From positions 13,117 to 77,116 of IMG/VR virus record IMGVR_UViG_3300005533_000002: a stretch of DNA of 64,000 nucleotides; one strand, 5' to 3'. The DNA comes from a virus. This document shows positions 54,808 through 64,000 of this stretch, in pieces (the stretch's first letter is position 1; the number at the start of each line of letters is the position of its first letter). Under the pieces are notes generated by a model. It was not told where the DNA came from. It searched no databases and saw only the letters and a program-made list of their open reading frames with translations. A program made the translations under genes and the position numbers.

Positions 54808-56202
54808 TTAGCGGACAACCACAGCACGATGAATGACCACGGCGCCCGAAGGCGGATCGGGATGCTGCGCCGCGCCGATATCGAAATAGCTGCTGGTTGT
54901 AGACAAACCAAAGTAAGATGCCGGATAGCCGGCACCACGACAGAGGGCGCCGCCGCCGACCGCATTATTGAGACCGAAGTCTCCCCCGGCGGCGTTGGTG
55001 TTCGGATCAGCCGAGAGGGTGATAAAGCCGAACGTGTTCTGACTCGACCAGTTCGAGCCCTTGGTGACGCCAGCACAATTGAAGAGGCGCGCCCGCCATG
55101 AGGCGATGTTGTTGTCGTAGTCGTTTTGAGCGTTGTTCCACGCCAGGCAGTTAACCAGTACGCACCCATCAGCCATGTAGAAACCGTAGCCCTTCAGGGT
55201 CGTATTGTCGCGCGACGTGCAATTATTGAAGAACGCCGAGCCAGTGCTATAGAACCCATACCCCGGATTCGAGTAGGCAATGCAGCACGTGACATTGGAA
55301 TTGCCGGATATCTGATAGGCGTGATCGGTACATCCGGTGGCCGTGCAGAACTGAATGCAGCCGCCGCTGCCGGACCCGAGAATGCCTTCGGTGCAATTGG
55401 TGGCCCGGCAATCAATCACATCGTTGACGCCAAAGGAACTCCAGATGCCATTGGCGAAATTATCCGCCGTACACCGCTCGCACAAACCGAGGCCATTGTC
55501 TAACTGGAAGGCGTTGTAGCCGGCTGCGCTGTTGTTCGGATTCTTCGCGACGATGTTTCTGGTATGTACGTACTGGTCGTTGAAATAGACATAGGTGCCG
55601 GTAGCGATGCCAGAGGCCGCCTGAATAACCGGCAGAGAGCCGATCGGGTCCAGATTGCCGACTGTTCGATTTGTCACCCAGCCAACCAACCGCGTCGGCT
55701 TGAGATTGGTCCCGCCCGGCGTTGCGGGAATGTTGATCGGACCGCCGTTGGCGTTGCGCGTCGTAACGGTAAAGGAATAGGTAGCCGGCCCGAGCAGGAA
55801 AATCACATTGCCGCCTACGGTGAGCTTTGCGGCCGAGCCGAGCGTTGCCTTGGCGCCCCCCAAGTTCCCCGTGCCGCCTGTGCTGCCTGTCGTACCCACA
55901 GCCTTGTCACAAGTCGCGACGTTGCCGGATACCGAAAGAATTTCCACAGTCTGCACGGTGAAGCCAGTGCCACCTGTGATGTTGATCGTATTGCCTGGCG
56001 AAGTCGAATCAAATGGATGCGCGGCCGAAGTAATCTTGGTGTTTGTCGTGCCATCGATGACCAGATCGGTGTACGCGATCTGGGCCGCGTTCTGCTGGGA
56101 AAAATCCGTGCCGGGGGCGGCAACAGTCGGGTCGAAGCCGCCGCTGTTGGAATCGGAGCCCCCGCTTCGTACATCCCAAATCATACCTGCGTTAAACGCC
56201 AT
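54808..56202 (-). CDS. Parallel beta-helix (pectin lyase-like) spike protein
   Basis: W.VR..GSD.N.GG start; repeated xxNCxAxxNxxxGF turns; DF.L...DIGA.Q end. Confidence 0.75.
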   Translation of the reverse strand: MAFNAGMIWDVRSGGSDSNSGGFDPTVAAPGTDFSQQNAAQIAYTDLVIDGTTNTKITSAAHPFDSTSPGNTINITGGTGFTVQTVEILSVSGNVATCDKAVGTTGSTGGTGNLGGAKATLGSAAKLTVGGNVIFLLGPATYSFTVTTRNANGGPINIPATPGGTNLKPTRLVGWVTNRTVGNLDPIGSLPVIQAASGIATGTYVYFNDQYVHTRNIVAKNPNNSAAGYNAFQLDNGLGLCERCTADNFANGIWSSFGVNDVIDCRATNCTEGILGSGSGGCIQFCTATGCTDHAYQISGNSNVTCCIAYSNPGYGFYSTGSAFFNNCTSRDNTTLKGYGFYMADGCVLVNCLAWNNAQNDYDNNIASWRARLFNCAGVTKGSNWSSQNTFGFITLSADPNTNAAGGDFGLNNAVGGGALCRGAGYPASYFGLSTTSSYFDIGAAQHPDPPSGAVVIHRAVVVR

Positions 56203-56212
56203 TGCTTACCAC

Positions 56213-56389
56213 CTACGGATCGGGAACCACTGCGGCCACCGGCTCTAGTTCCTCCAGGACAACCGGAATCCAGTGTAAGATTGCGGCGGAACTGGAATCG
56301 ACGCCAGTACCGGCATCACTGGCCGAAACAAGCGTGATGTTGCCGCCGCTCTGCAAGTTCATCTGGAAGAGCAGCCACGCGCCGCCCAT
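56213..56389 (-). CDS. 58-aa protein with one SDAGTGVDS motif
   Basis: Manual translation MGGAWLLFQMNLQSGGNITLVSASDAGTGVDSSS...; fills the gap; below ORF-track cutoff. Confidence 0.55.
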   Translation of the reverse strand: MGGAWLLFQMNLQSGGNITLVSASDAGTGVDSSSAAILHWIPVVLEELEPVAAVVPDP

Positions 56390-56390
56390 G

Positions 56391-59300
56391 TCATTCCTCC
56401 GTCCATTCGAACTCGACTAGTGCAAAGGACGACGCTGGCAACGACACCCCAAGAAGGCTGAGGCACAGCAAATTAGAAACACCTTGCAACGTCGGCGGCT
56501 GCAATCCGTTTCTCGTGTAGTCCCAGACGTATTGTTGCAAGGTCGGGTTGCCCGTGTTCGTTACCATGATCGGCACGTACACATCCGAGAAAAACGTAGC
56601 CGCAGAACCCAGCCCCGTGGGATTGGCGGTATAGAAAGCTGGCGTAGCCCCCGGCAAGCTATTGTTCGTGTTATTTCGTCCGGCGCCATTGCCGACCGTA
56701 CTGGTGCCACCCGAATTGACACTAGTCCGCAAAAGCAAAGCCACCTGGACGGCGCCTGGATTGGCTGTCGTAGTCACAAACTGTAGCTTGATGCGCCATA
56801 CTTTGGTTGTCTTGCCAGAAGCCCCGGCCAGTGTCGCGAAATCTGTCGCCAGCGAAGCGGGCGTGAATATCCCCGAGCAAGCCGAGTAGCTTTGCTTCGT
56901 GCCCTCAGTCGAAACGAACAGGGCTCCAGAAGAACTGCATTGCAGAGAAACTGTCTGCTGATTTGCAGGAGCCGGCGGAGTCGAATTGAATTGGGCGCCA
57001 CTCACATGGCACTTGGTGGGCGCCGTGCCAACTCCAACCGCCGCGTCGGCCAAAGTCGGCGCCGGATTGGCGAGACTCACAGCCTGGCATCCGGCCGAAG
57101 CCTCGATGCTGACGGTTGCCGTGCTGGAACCAACCACCGAGCAGCGAACGCGAATTTGTGCGTATCCTGCACAGGGCACAATCCAACTACCGTTCGCTGT
57201 GGTTGTTGTAGCAAGCGCCCCGGTGCCGGGAACAACGCCACTGATGGTAAACCAGTTGCTTCCGTCCGTGGTTGCTTCAAAGATGAGCGTCCCGCTCCAG
57301 GAACCGGTAATCTGAACGGTTGCCGTGCCCGTACCGGGGGCCGTGAGTGCCACATTGTTCGTTGTGGCCGCCAGACTAAGTGATTGAGTAAGGTTAGTGC
57401 GGTCGTTTGGGGTGACAGCACTCGTGAACGAGACCGACCACGGGCCGCCGCTCTGCGTAACTGCGCCAATGACGTTGGAGCCGGTTGGTAGCGGCGCAAC
57501 CAATACGTTGCCATCGCCGATACTGGCGTTGATTGTAACCGTAGCGGTTCCGGTGCCAGTTACAGAGCAGCGCGTGCGTACCTGGGCAAGGCCGGCACTG
57601 CTGATGTACCAGTTGCCATTGGCCGTTATTGTGCTGGACAGCACGCCCGTAGTTGGCGTCAGTGCCTGAAGAGAAAACCAGTTGGTGCCGTCATTAGTGC
57701 CTTCGAAGATAATGGTTCCTGTCCAGGAACCGGTGATCTGAACACTTACCGTGCTGGTGCCCGGCGTTGCCAGAGAGACCGCATTCGTGGTGCTACTCAT
57801 CACCAGCGACTGGGTGAGCTGCGTTCGATCGGCAACCGTTACCGGCTGTGTCGTGGTGCCGACGGGGTCGATCCGCAGCGGTGCCGCTTGCGTGGCCAGC
57901 TCGGTGCCAGCCTGATTGCGAATGTTGACGTGCAGAGCGCGGTTGTTGGTGATGCGTGCCGTATCAACCGTGCCGCTAGAGACGGCAGAAAGGCCGTCGT
58001 TGAATACGCCCTGCACCGAAGTTCCGGCCGTTGTTCCCGCCGTGAACGCCGCGCCGTCTGCGGCGGACGTGCCGCCGACATTCGAGCCAGCGGCAATGTT
58101 CACCTTCAAGTTTCCGGAAGAATCAAACTGTACGGCCGCTGTTTGGCCGTTGGACAGGGATGGCGCCGAGCTGTTAAATACCCCGGCAATCAGCAGCGCC
58201 TTGGATGGCGCCGAACCGGCACCAACTGCGGCATCTGCGTTCGTTGCGACCGTCCAGGTTCCGCTTTGCGTCACAGCGCCGATAACATTCGAACCGGCTG
58301 GAAGGGCCGCATTCACGGTGACGTTAAAAGTGTCCGCCCCGGTGGCCACAATCTGGGCGCCGCGTGCCGTGCATTGGGCATCAACCACTTGGCCGTTCGT
58401 GACAGTTGGCTGGGTGCTATTAAAGACGCCGCCGACCTTGACGGGGTTGTTTGCATTTGCTGCACCCGACGCTACCGGGCCATCGACGTGGCCTATGAGG
58501 TTCGTGCCGGCGCTGAGGCCGACGGTCCACGTACCAGACTGGCCGACGTTCCAGGTTCCGCTTTGCGTTACCGCGCCGATCACATTTGAGCCAGTCGGCA
58601 GCGCCGCGTTTACCGCAACGTTGAAGGTGTCCACGCCCGTCGCGACAATGGCGGCGCCCCGAGCAGTGTACTGTCCGTCAACCACCTGCCCCGTCGTCAC
58701 CGTTGGCTGGGTGCTGTTGAATACACCGCCCACCTTTACCGGGTTATTGGCATTCGTGCCGCCAGAAGCAACCGGGCCATCGACGTGGCCTATGAGATTC
58801 GAACCGGCGCTGAGGCCGACGTTCCAGGTGCCGGACTGGCCGACGTTCCAGCTGCCGGCTTGGTTCACGGCGCCGATAGTATTACCGCCGGCAGGCAGAG
58901 CGGTAGTCACCGTAACGTTGAAAGCGTCAACGCCCGTGGCGACGATGGCCGCCCCCCGAGCCGAATACTGGCCATCGACAATCTGACCGTTGGTGACAGT
59001 CGGCTGCGTGCTGTTAAATACCCCGCCGACTTTCACAGGATTGTTAGCATTTGCCGAGCCCGACGCTACTGATCCATCCACATGGCCGATGAGATTGCTG
59101 CCAGCGCTGAGCCCGACGTTCCACGTGCCCGCCTGATTCACCGCGCCGATGGTATTGCCGCCTGCCGGCAGCGCAGCGTTCACTGTGACGTTGAACGTAT
59201 CTACGCCGGTGGCCACAATGGCGGCGCCCCGGGCTGTGTACTGGCCCTCAACCATCTGGCCGGTTGTTACCGTCGGCTGGGTGCTATTGAACACGCCGCC

Positions 59301-61067
59301 AATCTGCACCGGGTTGCCGGACTTGGCCGAGCCAGAAGCTGCGGCGCCGACCGCTGTCACCAGGCCGATATTATTGGTGCCGGCGGGTAAGGCCGTGTTG
59401 ACGGTAACGTTCCAGGTGCCGGATTGCGTCACCGCACCGATAACGTTGCTACCGGTCGGCAGCGCGGCGTTGACAGTGACATTCCAGGTTCCGCTTTGCG
59501 TCACGGCGCCAATGACGTTCGAACCAGTCGGCAAGGCTGTGTTCACGGTGACGTTGAACGTATCTGTTCCGGTCGCGACGATGGCGGCCCCGTGAGCGGT
59601 GTACTGGGAATCGACAATTTGGCCATTGGTAACGGTCGGTTGCGTCGTATTGAATACACCGCCAGTCTTCACCGGATTGTTGGCATTCGTAGCGCCGGAC
59701 GCCACCGGTCCGTTAACCGTCCACGGCCCGGCAGACTGGGTTACTGGCTGTGCCGTTGTGCCCACAGGGTCGATACGGACTGCGGTCGCGGCCGTGCCAA
59801 TCTCAGTACCGCTGTTGTTCCGCAGATTGACGTGTAGGCCGCGATTGGACGTGATTCGTCCAACGGCGATTTGCCCGCTACTGACAGCGGCGAGGCCATC
59901 GTTGAACACACCTTCAACCGGTGTTCCCGCCGTGGTGCCGGCCGTGAAACTGGCCTCGTCTGTGGCCGACGTTCCGCCACTGCCGCCGCCCCCGCTATTC
60001 ACGGCCACGTTAACCAGCAGGCGCCCGCTGGCATCGACCTGAAGGCCAGCTACCTGGCCGGATGAGAGAGTCGGCAGCGTTGAGTTGAAGATACCGGCCA
60101 CAAGAAGCGATTTCGACGGCGCCGCACCGGCACCCACGGAAGAATCCGCATTAGTCGCGATTGTCCAGGTCCCGGCCTGCTGGACGGCGCCGATGGTGTT
60201 TGAGCCGGTTGGTAGAGCCGTGTTGACGGTGACGTTGAAAACGTCTACGCCCGTCGCGACCAAAGCGGCGCCGCGCGCGCTATATTGAGCGTCAACGACT
60301 TGCCCAGTTGTTACCGTTGGCTGAGTCGAGTTGAACACGCCGCCCGTCTTCACCGGATTGTTGGCGTTTGCGGCGCCGGAAGCTACCGAACCGTCTACGT
60401 GGCCGATGAGGCTGCTGCCGGTGCTAAGACCTACCGTCCACGTTCCGGACTGTGTTACCGGAAATGCCGGCTGGTCGCTGGCGATGGTTACAGGCAGAGA
60501 GCTGGCCATTGCCTTCTGCCCGAGACTCAGGGCTGAGCCGCCAATCTGCGTAACGTTGATTGTCCACGGGCCAGAAGCTTGCGTTACGGCGCCGATGGTA
60601 TTGCTGCCGGCGCTCAGGCCGACGCTCCAGGTTCCCGATTGCGACACCGGCAGTGCCGATTGGTTGCTGGCAATCACAACCGGAATGGAAGCAGCCATTG
60701 CTGCTTGGCCAATTGCCAGAGCCGAGCCGCCGATCTGGGTGACGTTGATGGTCCACGGTCCGCCCGACTGCGTTACGGCGCCGATAACACTAGACCCGGC
60801 AGGAAGAGCGCTGACGATGGCGCAGGGCAGCGGATTGGCATTTGACAGTGGCGTTGGTGCCGAACCGGTATTCGGTCCAACGTAGATACAGCTCGCGGGG
60901 AGCTTGGCGTTGTTTGGATAAGAGAACGAGCCGGCAGTCAGATCAACCGTAACGATCAAGTCGCCACCGGCACCGGCATTGAGCTGGGTATCGTTCGCGA
61001 AGCATCGGCCCAGACGCCAATGGCGAGCACGTTGCGAATGAATTTCTTGGGCGAAAAATCTCAACAT
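56391..61067 (-). CDS. Very large repeat-rich fibre/appendage protein
   Basis: Six NPVxxGGVFNxTQPTVT repeats, many ALPxGxNxIGAVxQxGxW units, two FExTxDGxNWF domains. Confidence 0.8.
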   Translation of the reverse strand: MLRFFAQEIHSQRARHWRLGRCFANDTQLNAGAGGDLIVTVDLTAGSFSYPNNAKLPASCIYVGPNTGSAPTPLSNANPLPCAIVSALPAGSSVIGAVTQSGGPWTINVTQIGGSALAIGQAAMAASIPVVIASNQSALPVSQSGTWSVGLSAGSNTIGAVTQASGPWTINVTQIGGSALSLGQKAMASSLPVTIASDQPAFPVTQSGTWTVGLSTGSSLIGHVDGSVASGAANANNPVKTGGVFNSTQPTVTTGQVVDAQYSARGAALVATGVDVFNVTVNTALPTGSNTIGAVQQAGTWTIATNADSSVGAGAAPSKSLLVAGIFNSTLPTLSSGQVAGLQVDASGRLLVNVAVNSGGGGSGGTSATDEASFTAGTTAGTPVEGVFNDGLAAVSSGQIAVGRITSNRGLHVNLRNNSGTEIGTAATAVRIDPVGTTAQPVTQSAGPWTVNGPVASGATNANNPVKTGGVFNTTQPTVTNGQIVDSQYTAHGAAIVATGTDTFNVTVNTALPTGSNVIGAVTQSGTWNVTVNAALPTGSNVIGAVTQSGTWNVTVNTALPAGTNNIGLVTAVGAAASGSAKSGNPVQIGGVFNSTQPTVTTGQMVEGQYTARGAAIVATGVDTFNVTVNAALPAGGNTIGAVNQAGTWNVGLSAGSNLIGHVDGSVASGSANANNPVKVGGVFNSTQPTVTNGQIVDGQYSARGAAIVATGVDAFNVTVTTALPAGGNTIGAVNQAGSWNVGQSGTWNVGLSAGSNLIGHVDGPVASGGTNANNPVKVGGVFNSTQPTVTTGQVVDGQYTARGAAIVATGVDTFNVAVNAALPTGSNVIGAVTQSGTWNVGQSGTWTVGLSAGTNLIGHVDGPVASGAANANNPVKVGGVFNSTQPTVTNGQVVDAQCTARGAQIVATGADTFNVTVNAALPAGSNVIGAVTQSGTWTVATNADAAVGAGSAPSKALLIAGVFNSSAPSLSNGQTAAVQFDSSGNLKVNIAAGSNVGGTSAADGAAFTAGTTAGTSVQGVFNDGLSAVSSGTVDTARITNNRALHVNIRNQAGTELATQAAPLRIDPVGTTTQPVTVADRTQLTQSLVMSSTTNAVSLATPGTSTVSVQITGSWTGTIIFEGTNDGTNWFSLQALTPTTGVLSSTITANGNWYISSAGLAQVRTRCSVTGTGTATVTINASIGDGNVLVAPLPTGSNVIGAVTQSGGPWSVSFTSAVTPNDRTNLTQSLSLAATTNNVALTAPGTGTATVQITGSWSGTLIFEATTDGSNWFTISGVVPGTGALATTTTANGSWIVPCAGYAQIRVRCSVVGSSTATVSIEASAGCQAVSLANPAPTLADAAVGVGTAPTKCHVSGAQFNSTPPAPANQQTVSLQCSSSGALFVSTEGTKQSYSACSGIFTPASLATDFATLAGASGKTTKVWRIKLQFVTTTANPGAVQVALLLRTSVNSGGTSTVGNGAGRNNTNNSLPGATPAFYTANPTGLGSAATFFSDVYVPIMVTNTGNPTLQQYVWDYTRNGLQPPTLQGVSNLLCLSLLGVSLPASSFALVEFEWTEE

Positions 61068-61073
61068 GGGCGA

Positions 61074-62207
61074 TTACCTCGGTGGCAGAGCCGTGCCTTT
61101 GTCGAAGCCAGCGCCAAGATCCGCAGCCGACAAGGCTGGCGCAGGCGAGCCAGAGTCCGAGCCAAAGCCAAAATCAAATCCCGAAAGTGCGTTCGCGGCC
61201 GATGGCGAATCGGCGCCGGTCCCGTTGTCAGACACTGTGAAGTTCGCCGCCAGACTGAGCGAGTCGGCGCCGGTGGCAGAATCGGCAATCGGCCCGTAGG
61301 TTGCCGAAATGGCAGCCGAATCGGCGCCACGAGCCGAATCGCCCTGCGGCCCGGCCGATGGCTGCCAGCCGAGAATGTCAAAACCGGTGCCGGCGTCGGG
61401 AACGGTGAATGTCACGGTGATAGCCAGGCTGTCTGAGCCAGTACCAGAGTCGGACAGACTGGCCGAGTTGAGTAACGCCAGTCCGTCCGTACCTGTGCCA
61501 CTGTCGGGCAGCGTGGCGAACGTTACCGACAGACTGGCGCTATCAACGCCAGTCCCGGTATCAGTCTGCGGGCCAGCGGAAGGCTGCCGCGAGGGTGAGT
61601 CGGCAGCAACCCCGAATTCCGAAGCCGTGAACGTAAATGTGCCGGCCAGAGAGTCTGCGCCGGTTCCAGATTCAGAAACCACTAGGGCCGATGCCAGGGT
61701 GAGCGAATCGGCGCCGGTGCCGGAATCGTTGGCCGTGGCCACCGTGACACTGAGGGTTAGCAGATCAACGCCAGCGCCGGCATCGCTTGCGTTCCAGGTT
61801 GGAAACCAATTGAGCGTATCGGCGCCAGTGCCAAACTCGCGGCCCGTGAAACCGACGAAGTTGCTGTCCGTGCCCGTGCCGGAATCGCTGGCGTACGGCG
61901 CCGAAGCAACGCCGGTATTGGGTGAAGAGTCCGTGCCCGTGCCGGAATCGGCGTAGATGGGCGCGAAGAAGGAAACCAAGTCCATGCCTGTGCCGGCATC
62001 GGCTGCCGTCGGGTTCGGTCCGGGCAAGTCCAAGCCGAAACCGAAGTCCGCGTAAGAGCAAGTGAAGCTGCTGACGAGGTCTACCGAAAACCCCTGGTCG
62101 TTCGCCGTTGGCGCGAATGCGGAATCGGTGCCGGTCGCATTATCGTTGATCTGATACTGCGGCTGGCCGCTGTCTACACCGATCCCGAAATCACTGGCTT
62201 GCGGCAT
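61074..62207 (-). CDS. Acidic Ser/Thr/Gly repeat protein (about 21x D-S-G-T-G-x-D)
   Basis: Repeats visible throughout translation. Confidence 0.75.
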   Translation of the reverse strand: MPQASDFGIGVDSGQPQYQINDNATGTDSAFAPTANDQGFSVDLVSSFTCSYADFGFGLDLPGPNPTAADAGTGMDLVSFFAPIYADSGTGTDSSPNTGVASAPYASDSGTGTDSNFVGFTGREFGTGADTLNWFPTWNASDAGAGVDLLTLSVTVATANDSGTGADSLTLASALVVSESGTGADSLAGTFTFTASEFGVAADSPSRQPSAGPQTDTGTGVDSASLSVTFATLPDSGTGTDGLALLNSASLSDSGTGSDSLAITVTFTVPDAGTGFDILGWQPSAGPQGDSARGADSAAISATYGPIADSATGADSLSLAANFTVSDNGTGADSPSAANALSGFDFGFGSDSGSPAPALSAADLGAGFDKGTALPPR

Positions 62208-62223
62208 TGGCGATCACTCACTA

Positions 62224-62517
62224 TCAGCAAGTCACGAAAACTCCAGCTGTTAAGAAACCGTGCTACTGACAACCATCCAATACGCGAATGCTTGGCGTTG
62301 CTGTTGGTTTCTCCAAATCGCCATTCCATCCCCAAACAGGATGTTTGGAGGGATCGCCGCCAACAGCAACCCCGCAGACCGACTTGCAGCCGCACGGACA
62401 CACAAAAAACATCATGGTCGGTGGCGCATGAGGAGATTCACGTCCAGTCCACATAAAGCAGCCCGGATCGGTCATCAATTCGAACCTGTCAACCATCTTT
62501 GCTACAACATTCGGCAT
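62224..62517 (-). pseudogene. DUF6527-like protein interrupted by in-frame TAG at 62263-62265
   Basis: CPCGC...WGWNGDLEKPT.TPSI...GCQ*HGFLTAGVFVTC-stop. Confidence 0.7.
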
Positions 62518-62531
62518 CGGCGACTCTCAAG

Positions 62532-62570
62532 AAAAAGTCCCGCGTCCCTACGGGGGCAGGAAACGCGGGA
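62532..62570 (-). terminator. Intrinsic terminator after 62618-63187
   Basis: GTCCCGCGT...ACGCGGGAC stem followed by TTTTT on minus strand. Confidence 0.5.
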
Positions 62571-62617
62571 CACGCGGCGACGGTCAGGGGGCACTGATTG
62601 TGAGTTGTAGACAACCC

Positions 62618-63187
62618 TCAGCTGATGGTCACCTGCACGGTCATTGCCCATGTACCAGAATTTTTGCTGCCGAACGACTGCACGAGGCGGTTGAGCATGC
62701 GGCCCGTTGCGGCCGTCGTGCTGTTGAAAACGGCCACTTCGTTCCAGGCATAGTTAGCCGTGCCCGAACCGAAACTTGACTGGAACGTGATGGTGTTGGC
62801 CGAAGAAGTCACGCCGTCGGTATGCTGCGGGTAGCTGGCGTTCATGCCGACGCGCGTCTTGTTGCTGGCCGATTGCAGGTCGGTCTGCGTGGCAGCGGCG
62901 GCGGTCGAGCTGTCACCCACTCCAACGGCGGCATTGCCATTGTTGAAGTAGGTAAGGTTCTGCCCGGCCGTGGTTGTGCCGTTGCCGATCAGGCATTCCC
63001 ACAGGCAGGACACACCGCCGTACATGAGCAGATTCTTGCGAACAACCATCTCCTCGTCGGGGACGGTGTCAGGGGCAATCTGGTCGATATCCAGCTTGTG
63101 GTACTTCTTCAGGTGCCAGGTGCAGAGCCAACGGCCATGCTCCAGGGCGCCGGTGGGGTCGCGTTGTAGGTCGATTGCTTGCAACAT
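62618..63187 (-). CDS. Virion structural protein
   Basis: GVGDSSTAAAATQTDLQ...F....AN.AWNE..VFN...MLNR.V pattern common in phage structural regions. Confidence 0.7.
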   Translation of the reverse strand: MLQAIDLQRDPTGALEHGRWLCTWHLKKYHKLDIDQIAPDTVPDEEMVVRKNLLMYGGVSCLWECLIGNGTTTAGQNLTYFNNGNAAVGVGDSSTAAAATQTDLQSASNKTRVGMNASYPQHTDGVTSSANTITFQSSFGSGTANYAWNEVAVFNSTTAATGRMLNRLVQSFGSKNSGTWAMTVQVTIS

Positions 63188-63197
63188 GGGCGATTCC

Positions 63198-63638
63198 TCA
63201 TTTAACTGCGTGCTCGGTTGCGTGAATCTTCCAGAGCACAAATTGCTCTTTCACATTTTCGAGCGAAGTAACATTCAGGTTTCGATTGCCGTAAACTACC
63301 AGGTCCCCCGTTCTGCAAAGTCCATTCGTCGTCAGGTCCGTTGCTGTGTAGATTTCGTACCGTCGCTCGTACACCAGCCTTATCGAGTCCTCTTCAGGCC
63401 CCCCCTCGGCCGTCGTCACATCGACCACCAGGCAAGGCACATTGCTGGCCATCACCTGGAAGGCGCCATCGGCTGCGGATATCCTTCCGCCCGCGTCATC
63501 TTCGCCAGCCAATCCTTGCGGCATTCGCTGGATACTAATGCTGTGAATTAGCCATTCCAGCGGAACCCCAACCGGTGCGCCAAAGGCTGATCCGAACGGC
63601 CCTTGAAAGTCCCAAACCGGGTTCAGGTTTGCTGGCAT
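63198..63638 (-). CDS. Head-closure (stopper)-like protein
   Basis: H.ISIQR.....D..G......VPC......IY......GD.V. Confidence 0.6.
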   Translation of the reverse strand: MPANLNPVWDFQGPFGSAFGAPVGVPLEWLIHSISIQRMPQGLAGEDDAGGRISAADGAFQVMASNVPCLVVDVTTAEGGPEEDSIRLVYERRYEIYTATDLTTNGLCRTGDLVVYGNRNLNVTSLENVKEQFVLWKIHATEHAVK

Positions 63639-63650
63639 ACCGGCCTACCC

Positions 63651-64000
63651 CTAGAAGCCGGTCGTTCCCACTCCCGGCAAGAACGGCCCATTCGAATCCG
63701 TAAAAGCGTCGCCCTTGTAGGCCGGCGCGTCTGGATCTCCTTGGCCTCCCGACACCCCGCCGTTCGGCAAGGCCGGCTGAGATACTGGCAGCGGCGCGAG
63801 CGGCGGGTTCGAGATGCCGGGACTGGTTGGCGTCAACGTGGTAGCCGGCTGCACCACGGGCAGGCGCGCCGCCTGGCTTTGCTTCTCGATGCGTTTGATT
63901 TCGTCCGTGGTTTCCTTGTACATTTCGCGGACATTCTTCACGCTGTCGGACTGGGCGACATTCATTCCGCCCATGCTGCCGCTAACCTTGTTCCGCAGCT
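63651..64000 (-). CDS. Head-tail adaptor-like protein, 5' end outside window
   Basis: Open to window edge; KVSGSMGGMNVAQS pattern; position. Confidence 0.5.
   Translation of the reverse strand, partial: LRNKVSGSMGGMNVAQSDSVKNVREMYKETTDEIKRIEKQSQAARLPVVQPATTLTPTSPGISNPPLAPLPVSQPALPNGGVSGGQGDPDAPAYKGDAFTDSNGPFLPGVGTTGF

Overview
The whole 64 kb window is part of one temperate tailed phage genome (siphovirus-like gene set); no host genes are visible. Several small genes look like Planctomycetota (Gemmataceae-type) proteins, which suggests the host. A tyrosine integrase (34132-35217) lies next to an intact attP-like site holding the 3' half of tRNA-Ala(GGC), with phage genes on both sides, so this is the excised/virion configuration. 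Most genes are on the minus strand. From right to left: head-closure genes, about 11 kb of repeat-rich neck/appendage genes, neck, tail terminator, tail tube, chaperones with a -1 frameshift, a short tape measure, tail-tip paralogs, and a candidate lysis cassette with a secreted serine protease but no recognisable muramidase. A plus-strand early operon (35.6-38.7 kb) carries a stand-alone MutS domain I next to a GIY-YIG nuclease. Left of the integrase are ribbon-helix-helix regulators, ParB proteins, a Sak4-like/SSB/prim-pol/helicase replication module with an iteron origin, DNA methyltransferases and nucleotide enzymes, both terminase subunits, and about 12 kb of mostly secreted cargo ending in a TPR-glycosyltransferase plus methyltransferase pair. 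Portal and capsid genes are not in the window. The most unusual signals are: (1) a non-coding 12x GGY-NN tract followed by hairpins and a non-canonical tRNA-like element (27478-27676); (2) a dual-coding C5-methyltransferase locus with a C7 frameshift and an HNH gene overprinted inside it; (3) two amber codons at positions where Trp is expected; (4) the protease-centred lysis region. All family assignments are by eye from motifs; no searches were run.
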